58,519 nt of DNA from assembly GCA_018398765.1 (NCBI GenBank), contig JAHBMJ010000076.1, positions 1 through 58,519 on the forward strand, given 5' to 3'. Source of the stretch: Chromera velia (taxonomy: Eukaryota). The notes beneath the pieces were generated by a model, which saw nothing but the letters and a program-made list of their open reading frames with translations, was not told where the DNA came from and ran no database searches. Each line of letters begins with the position of its first letter. Positions within the stretch are counted from its first letter, which is position 1. Shown one piece after another: positions 50,210-58,519 of this stretch. A program made the position numbers and the translations under genes.

Positions 50210-53069
50210 AGCCTATGTGGCTTTGTTTTTTTTTTTACAGACAGCCACACAGAGATCTTCGCGTGCCCAGAACAAACATCATGAAACTTCCCTCAGCAGA
50301 CCTTCAAGCGATCACAGAATGGACGTGCAAGGCCGCCCACTCTTAATTCCACCTATCCCCTCGCGTACCGGAGCTTCTAAACAGATAGACCCTGAACGGA
50401 CAGACCTGAACAGACGGGTCGTCAAACGCTTTCTGCACCTCGTCCATTTCACTTTCCTTCCCTGTTCCTGCTCCCGCTCCTCTCCTCTCTCCACTCTGTT
50501 GCACAAAAGGAACCGGTCCAGTAGCAGACGCTGGCGGCTTCTCTCTTTTCACAACCTCAAGCAGAACCCGCTCTATCACTGTTGGGAGTGCCTGTGTGAT
50601 TTGATCATGCGTGCCTGACAGGAGCACAACGCGGTCCTGGGTCCCGGGAAAAACCTCACGACTCCCGGAGAGACGAACCCTGACTCCGGTCCTGTTCTGA
50701 AGATCAGTCACAACCTGGCCTGCAGAGATAGGGAGAAGCGAGCCAGCAGTTGGACGGACAGTCGCACAGTCAGTCCGTCAGTCAGCCATTCAGTCAATCA
50801 GTCAGCCATTCAGTCAATCGGTCCGTCCGTCAGCCATTCAGTCAATCAGTCGGTCCTTCCGTCAGCCATTCAGTCAATCGGTCGGTCCGTCCGTCAGCCA
50901 TTCAGTCAATCAGTCGGTCCGTCCGTCAGCCATTCAGTCAATCAGTCAGTCCGTCCGTCAGCCATTCAGTCAATCAGTCGGTCAGTTCGTCAGTCAGCCA
51001 TTCAGTCAATCAGTCGGTCCGTCCGTCAGCCATTCAGTCAATCAGTCAGCCATTCAGTCAATCGGTCGGCCATTCAGTCAATCGGTCCGTCAGTCAGCCA
51101 TTCAGTCAATCAGTCGGTCCGTCCGTCAGCCATTCAGTCAATCAGTCGGTCCGTCCGTCAGCCAGCCAGTCAATCAGTCAGTCCGTCAGTCAGCCATTCA
51201 GTCAATCAGTCAGTCCGTCAGTCGGCCGTTCAGTCAATCAGTCGGTCAGTTCGTCAGTCAGCCGTTCAGTCAATCGGTCCGTCAGTCAGCCATTCAGTCA
51301 ATCAGTCAGTCCGTCAGTCAGCCATTCAGTCAATCAGTCAGTCCGTCCGTCAGCCATTCAGTCAATCAGTCGGTCAGTTCGTCAGTCAGCCATTCAGTCA
51401 ATCAATCGGTCCGTCCGTCAGCCATTCAGTCAATCAGTCAGCCATTCAGTCAATCAGTCAGCCATTCAGTAAATCGGTCCGTCCGTCAGCCATTCAGTCA
51501 ATCAGTCGGTCCGTCCGTCAGCCATTCAGTCAATCAGTCGGTCCGTCCGTCAGCCATTCAGTCAATCAGTCAGTCCGTCAGTCAGCCATTCAGTCAATCA
51601 GTCGGTCACTTCGTCAGTCAGCCATTCAGTCAATCAGTCGGTCCGTCCGTCAGCCATTCAGTCAATCAGTCAGTCCGTCAGTCAGCCATTCAGTCAATCG
51701 GTCCGTCCGTCAGCCATCCAGTCAATCAGTCAGTCCGTCAGTCGGCCGTTCAGTCAATCAGTCGGTCAGTTCGTCAGTCAGCCGTTCAGTCAATCGGTCC
51801 GTCAGTCAGCCATTCAGTCAATCAGTCAGTCCGTCAGTCCGTCAGTCAGCCATTCAGTCAATCAGTCGGTCCGTCAGTCAGCCGTTCAGTCAATGAGTCA
51901 GTCCGTCAGTCAGCCAGTCAGCCAGTCAGTCAATCAGTCAGTCCGTCAGTCGGTCATTTAGTTGATCAGTCAGTCAGTCAGCCAGTCAGCCACTCAGTTG
52001 CTATCATTCAAGCACCATGACGAGAAGGCAAATCTGTTCCCTTCCCTTCCCGCCCTTCCACAAGCATTACGCATCACATGAGCACGCCCACAGAACAGGC
52101 CAGCCACTTGGAAGAACATTTGAGACAAGTGGCAGAAATTTGCGGAAGAGTAGGGGTTGAGGAGGAGAGCTGGAAGCGTTCAGGCATTGGAAGTCTGCTT
52201 GCTGATGCAGAAAGACACAGTCCAGGACTAAAACTTGCGGAAAGTCACGTAGTGAACACAGAATTCCACAAAAGCATGCATAAAAGAAAATAAAAATGGA
52301 AAGCCGGGCGATCCCACCAAGCAGACAGCATTCGGCTGACCGCTCTTGCCGATAATGGATCCCGCAGCCGCGTGTGAAACAAGCAGCTTGAGAAATTCAG
52401 GACCGTCGACTGCCGCGGCTGCCGCCCTGTCTACCTCCCTCTCGTCGCCCTCTCTCTCCTTTTCCTTTCCCCTTTCTTCTCTCGTCCCCCCTTCTACGGG
52501 ACTCTCTGCACCGGCAGCGCCTAATCCGTTGTGTCCGTCTCCTTCTCCGACCCCGTTTCCTATTTCAGTCTCCTCTGCTTGTGCCTTCACAGTCTTGTCT
52601 GAATTCGAATGAATCCCATTCCGCTCCTCTGGCTCGGCAACTGGGAGAATGATAGCAGCTGAGGATTCCCCCCCTTCAGCCTCTGCTCCGCGCTCCCTCT
52701 CCCCTTGAGAAGCGGTACCCCCCTCTCCTCCTCCTGCCTCAGCCTCCTCCACCTCTCCTCTCGCCTCTTCTCCGCGCCCCGACACTTCTCCGCTGCAGGG
52801 ACCCTCCTCCTCGTCCTGCTGCTCTGTTGACTGTCCTCCTGTCTTCTCTTCCCTCGGGTCAAAGGGGTCGAGCGTGGACGTGTCTCGGCATGGCCGAGTC
52901 GTCGTCGGGGTCTTCTGCTCGTCTTCTATTGTGAGGCAAATGGTTTGGCCCTTCTCCCCGCAGCAGGACGCTGGGGAGGGGGCGAAAGAGGGGCGGAGAT
53001 TCTAGGCGCAATCGTAGGAGTCTGTCTTAGTCGCTGACGCTGTCGAAAACCTCTCGGAGGAGACAGCAT
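46272..53069 (-). CDS. Triple KH-domain RNA-binding protein (Nova/PCBP-like) with Q/G/P-rich tail; start codon uncertain
   Basis: KH1 LKLLVSHAAAGSIIGKSG|...VRLSGSREVFPGTQDRVVLLSG; KH2 VGALIGKGGSIVKQIQEGSGARV|ERPLSVSG; KH3 IPDTYVGALMGEQGKGISELQTISGSRIQV...RKVTIS|GAVQAVQAA. The ATG at 53069 requires a small inferred intron. Confidence 0.85.
50758..51990. repeat. Intronic minisatellite built from CAGT/CAAT/CCGT/CAGCCATT units
   Basis: Read directly; recurring core CAGCCATTCAGTCAATC. Confidence 0.92.
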
Positions 53070-53680
53070 AGGAGAGCCAGGCAGGCACCGAGATCGTCCG
53101 AGTGAAATTCTCCAAGAGCCCGTCTCCGTCCGGGGTGGCAGGCCTAGCGGTCCTGTGTGTTGTCTCCCCACGAAAGTCAGACCGAAAATTGGTTCCTGAG
53201 ATGCTAGTCTACAAGAGACAAGTCGGCCTGTAGCTCTCAATTTCGTACAACGGAGCACTTCACCTTGATATATTTCTTTTGTTCAACGCTCCGTATATTC
53301 ATATATCTGGAAGGATTGCAAGGGGCACTGCGAAAAAAGGTGTGTACCTTGACGCGGGAGCCGAGTTTTGGCACCCATGCAAAGACCGATACAGCGCCCC
53401 GCGCGTACAAGGGCCCGCGCGTTTTCGCTTTGCGGGACATCTGCTCCATGCACATTGCGGGACCCCGACACAATTAAGTTTAATTTTCTGTGTGGACTTT
53501 TTTGTGGCTTCGGCATGTCCGAGGCCGAGCTACATTGGGGTGAGCCCCCGTCCCGTCCCACCAAAGCACGTTCCGGGATGGGGAAACCGATCGGTCTTTC
53601 ACTCCTTCTGTAAACTTCCACCCCTCCCGCTCTCTCGAAGTTTCCTTGCTGTCCACGGTTTGAGGGAAAGGAAGGACAAG

Positions 53681-56642
53681 ATGGGGCGCCGACCGGCTCG
53701 CTGCTACCGCTACCAGAAGGACAAGCCCTACCCTAAGTCCAGATTCTGCAGAGGTGTGCCCGACCCCAAGATTCGTATCTATGATGTGGGTAAGAAGAGG
53801 GCCGATGTGGATGACTTCCCCGCAGTCGTCCACCTCGTGTCCGATGAGCTCGAGCAGATCTCCTCTGAGGCTCTTGAGGCTGCCCGCATTGCCGCCAACA
53901 AGGTGAGAGGGATGACGGATTGATGAGATCTGATTGAAGTCCAGTGTCTTCCTTCCTCACTCATTTGCTTCCTTTTTTGACTCCTTATATATGCAGAACA
54001 TGATCAAGTCCTGCGGTAAGGACTTCTTCCACCTCCGTGTGCGCGTCCATCCCTTCCACGTGCTTCGTATCAACAAGATGCTTTCGTGCGCTGGAGCGGA
54101 TAGGTGAGTTCGGACATGTGGCCCGAGCTGCCATTTACATCTCTTCCTCAGTCAGACAGAGAAAGGGGGCTGTTCATCTGGAACCATTTAGTCGGCTGGG
54201 GGATACTTGTTTCATTCATCTACATGTGTGTGAGTCGTACAAGTGCATAAGTAAATGAGGGAAATGACAGCGGGAATCTCCAAGGGAAGACCACTCAGGG
54301 ATTTGACCTGCGTCTCCTGCCTCTTCCTCCTGCCTGCAGACTCCAGACCGGTATGCGTGGAGCCTTCGGAAAGCCCAACGGAACCTGCGCCCGTGTGAAG
54401 ATCGGACAGATCCTCATGTCCATCCGCACTAAGGTCAGCTGACTGCGCACATACTTGTGCTGAGGGGCTCGCGTTTGTGCGGGTCTGCATAGTCAAACAG
54501 GACGGGGTTTTAATGTATGCACGTGCAATAATATCTGCTGTCGGTCGATACATTGATGCATTGGAGAGCCTCACTGACTGGAGTGTGGGGATGCAGCTGT
54601 GGTTATAGGGGGGCTTGTGGCGAAGACGTGAGAGAGAGGGCCGAATATATGATCTGCGGAAGACTGGAGACAGAGCTCGAGACAACGTGTGGAGCAGCAG
54701 TTTGAATTGAGAGGGTGGGGCTCCTCTGAAGGATATGTCGAGGACCTGTGCCAACACAGGCTGGCGTGACACCAGTTTTCTCCACCTTCCGCTTGAGGAC
54801 AATCTTTCCCACACCCCTAGGTTGCCGTGCCATTTTCCCTTCAGTTTCCGGTGCTCTGTACAGTACATATTGCTGTTTCCTCTCTCACAGCATCCAATAC
54901 CGACAGCCTCATTCACATATAATGTGTGCATGACGATATTCCTTGGAGGATCCGCAGTGCATTTTTGCTTTTCTTCCTCGGCACGATCTTACAACACTCC
55001 ACTATTGCTGTCTGTGCGCTCGTGCCCGTCTCTCTCCTCCGTGTGCTCGCATGCGGGTGTGCTAGACCTTCTCTCGTCGTCCCCCACGCTGGCAACCGCT
55101 CTGCTCTCTTTGGTTTTCCTTCTTCCTCCGTCGTCTGCTCCTCTTCTGCAGCATAGCAGGGTGCCTTCGCATCATATCGCCTTGTGAAAAGAAGCCTTGT
55201 AGCTGACGGTGTTCATTGTGTGGCGTCCATACATCTACAGCCCGTTTTTGATGTGTCTGAGTTCGTGGGTACTTTTTTATTTGTGCTAGTCTGAGGTCAT
55301 CTGAGAGCGTGCGCGCGGGTGTTTGTGTTCGGGTGTGTATGTGTGTGTGTGTGTGCTCGCGCGCTGGCGCTTGCATTTTCGTGGATGTGGAAGCGTTTGT
55401 CTACGCATCCATGCATCTGGACGTCAGTGTGCCCGAATGTGAATCCATCTATGCCCATCTGTGTGTGTGCGTGTGTGTGTGTGACTGTGTGTGTGCAGGA
55501 GGACCGTGTCGACAAGGCCGTGGAGGCTCTCCGCAGAGCCGGTTACAAGTTCCCCGGCAGACAGAAGGTGTTCGTCTCCGACAAGTGGGGCTTCACCCGC
55601 TTCACCAAGGAGGAGTACAAGAAGTGGACCGAGGAGGGCAGACTCATCTCTGCAGGTGTCCACGTCAAGTGGTCAGTCAGTCAGTCAGGGCATGCAGCAG
55701 TCAGCAAGGTGTGCAGGGGAGAGGCGTTCACAGGCACGCTCGACGACTGCTCCGGATCAGTCAGTGAGTTGTCCATCTGGGGGGGGAGGTGGGGGGATCC
55801 ATCCGTGAGAGAGAGGAGAGATGGGCTCCCGTCAGTTCGCCGACCAGAGGAGGGGGGGGGTTTGAAAGAGCCAAAAAAAGGAAGACGGGAGTGGGGTTCC
55901 CTGTCAAAAATGAGAAGGAGGGTAAGGGAAAGGAAGTGGGAGGAGAGGAGAGGAATTGAGAAGACTGTCAGCTGCATGTGGGGGGAGAGGATTGGAGTGC
56001 GAATGCAAAACACGAGAGATAGGAGGAAAAACTGACATGAGAGGAGAGGGAGCAGAAGACAGGAGTGAAAAGGTGAAAAAAGGAGAGGGGAGGAGGAGGG
56101 ACTCAGAAACGTGGACGCCTGGGGGGTTCGGTGAAGTTTTGCTAGCAGAGAAAGGAGGTGGATCTCGGAATGCTTCGGCTGCCGGCGCCGCTACTCAGTG
56201 ACAGACTGGACAGGCAAAGCGTGAATGTGACGATGACGCAATTGAGGGGTATCCAATTTTTGTGTTCTTTTTTTTTGCCTCTCCGTTTTTTTGGGCCCAT
56301 CTGATTCGGGGTGCATGCCATCCCCCACCCTGCGGATGGGTGAGAACTGTGGTGGTTTTGATTTGTGCGATTTCTTGCTGCTGCTTTGTCGACGTGCCCG
56401 TTTGGTTTTGTGTTTCGTTGTGGGGAAACTGGGGGTCTATGCATGTAAGTTTTTCGCGGTCTCACGCTTCGCCGCTCTTCCATGCTCTTTCTTTGACCGA
56501 CCCACTCATTCACTCCCTGGCTGGCTGTCCGACTGCCTGCCTGCCTGCCTACAGGATCTCCTCCAAGGGACCCATGTCTCGCCACTTCGGAGGACAGCAC
56601 ATCGACCTCGATGCCCTCGAGAAGGCAGCTGCTGAAGAGTAA
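53681..56642 (+). CDS. RPL10: 60S ribosomal protein L10 (uL16/QM); exons 53681-53902, 53997-54103, 54340-54433, 55499-55671, 56555-56642 (227 aa)
   Basis: [35 protein letters not shown]...[33 protein letters not shown]...KFPGRQK. All introns are GT-AG and the frame is consistent. Confidence 0.98.
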
Positions 56643-56930
56643 ACAGTCTCTTCACTCATTCCCAACCGTCCTCAAACCACACCAACCGTGCAGCAGCCAA
56701 ATCACGTCGAGAGAGATTGTGTGCTCTAGCAGTGCACCCCTTCTGTGAGAGAGCCATCTGGAATTCTACAGCACCAGGCCCGGAGGGGGTGCTTCAGTGT
56801 CTGTCAACCCGTTTCTCCTGACCGGGTCTTTCTTTGAAAGCTTCGGGCATGTGATTCGAGAACACAGATGCTGATATTCAAGATCTTGTTGGAGCCACAA
56901 ACAAATTAAGATATCATCATCATTTAATAA

Positions 56931-57360
56931 TATTATTATTATTATTAATCGGTCTATAGGCCATCATGCAGTGCATAAGTCTAGGACAATGCTTTATTGC
57001 CCCTTTGCCAGACCTGCATCATACAACGGAAGGGGGCTTCACTCTCGCAACTCTAAACACCCTGCATCTAGAAGATGCTTTCTAAATCGCTGATGCCGTT
57101 TCCCTTCTGTGGGAGGAGTGCGATAACTGCAACAGAGACTCTCAGGCAGTAGAGGCAGACAGGAAGACCGGTGGAGAGGGGGGACGGGAGATGTATGTAG
57201 GAGATGGAAAAAGAACATTCAAAGGTGAGACGGGAAGAGAGGTAAGTAACTATCACATGCATCGAATCGCAGGCCTTACGATGGAGGGCGCAGACAGATG
57301 TTTCGCAAGAGTCGCAGGGCCGGTATGGGTGAGTGTCTGAGTGCCAGGGTGACCTTCATT
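56931..57360 (-). mobile_element. Non-LTR retroelement 3' fragment with (TAA)n tail
   Basis: Shares its 3' end with 7100-7200. The minus strand encodes YRPCDSCE...CDSMHVIV, reminiscent of a LINE C-terminal CCHC knuckle. Confidence 0.55.
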
Positions 57361-58171
57361 CGTGCCAACAATTCGCTTTACGTGTATAAATAAATATCAA
57401 TTAAATTAGGATTAGGATTAATGTCCGGAGGATTGGCCTCCCGCCCCAACGATCCTGTAGAGCTACACTAAGTAGCCTGAGTTATCATCCTAGCTATCAT
57501 CTAGCTACCATATTAATTGTTCCAGATATTGTCCCTACTCGACCTGGATCTAGGATAAGATAGGATAGGACTTTATACCAGTGTTTCGGGAATCCCCGCG
57601 GTCTACTGCCAGGTACCGGCTTAGTCTAGACCCTAGAGTTATTCTCCTTACTTATATTAAAGTAATTGTATGCCTAGTTGTATGTACTTTCCTGAATTTT
57701 GGTTCAAAATTTAATAAAAAAAGGGTTATGCTATTATAATGTTTATAGCTATAGTCAACGCCTAGCATCATGCACGAATCAGTACGATAAGCACACAATT
57801 CACCACAACACATATGCAACATCAGTTTTCATTAGTTTTTTCATAAAACAACATGAAACAAACATGGCATATAAACATGGCATTACATCAAACGAATAAA
57901 AACTCTATATCTAAAGTCTGCATAGAACTGCATGCAGTATGCAATGCCATGCATCCTAGCGCATGCATGATGCATCATACATGTATTATTAAATTAAAAT
58001 ACAATCTAAGTGTCAACCTTCCGCAAGGCTCAGGCTGTCTCTAGGGCTATGCTAGGCTGCCGTAGCAGTATGTTGATCCAGCTGTGTATAAAACCAGCCG
58101 AACGCCAGACGCTCATTTATCGGCCGGTAGCGATGGTGAATGGTGATAATGAATGAATGAATGAATGAATG

Positions 58172-58275
58172 TAGTGACCATGTTTGATTTGATTATATTT
58201 GATTTGATTTGATTTGATTTGATTTGAGCTTCAACCTCAAATATTTGATATTTGAGGTAAGATTTGAGGTTAACC
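58172..58275 (+). mobile_element. End of a second hAT-like element, running out of the window
   Basis: TAGTGACCATGTTTGATTTGATT is the same TIR as at 1635, followed by (ATTTG)n and ATATTTGA subterminal motifs. Confidence 0.6.
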
Positions 58276-58519
58276 TCTTAGGGTTCCTCACTGAGTCACT
58301 GATTTACTGTCACTCTGATCATTTTTCTCATGACAATAGTTATCAGAACATTTCTGATGTGTGTTTCAAAAATTTAAAAAAATATATATAAAATTATAAC
58401 TTATCAGTTCCGTAAAAAAAATATGCCTGTGTGGCAGTGTATATACACTAGTCACTGAGACTCACTCTAGTACTAATAGAGATTAAGAACGTAAAATTGA
58501 TAGATTTGAAATTGCATAT

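Noticed and set aside
53903..56554. Intronic snoRNAs in RPL10
   Set aside because: Isolated box-like words exist (ATGACGA, CTGA), but I could not establish properly spaced C/D or H/ACA structures by eye; an Infernal/snoscan search is needed.

Overview
Eukaryotic genomic DNA with GT-AG introns packed with microsatellites. It is probably a chromerid or related alveolate such as Chromera (inference from the N-terminal-J RJL GTPase, intron style and frequent TGCATGCA). Host genes: J-domain/SAP-like/RJL GTPase (+, 3 exons), an F-box-like/ankyrin-like protein (-), an AAAP/SLC38-type amino-acid transporter (-), a 3xKH Nova/PCBP-like RNA-binding protein (-) and RPL10 (+, 5 exons). The intergenic space is rich in mobile DNA. 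The most striking feature is at 19162-23135, an IS630/Tc1/mariner-type element with unusual composite architecture. Three 377-bp MITE-like modules, each with its own 17-bp TIRs, sit in direct orientation like LTRs. They flank a two-ORF cassette in which an unknown ORF is joined to a divergent DD34D transposase by a TGATG stop/start overlap. Also present: a BED-finger hAT remnant whose TIR recurs at 58172, a decayed Ulp1 (C48) protease ORF, an OTU protease fragment, a MITE, a non-autonomous hAT-like element and two LINE-like 3' ends with (TAA)n tails. Differences between repeat copies are almost all transitions. All calls come from reading the sequence by eye; no database searches were run.
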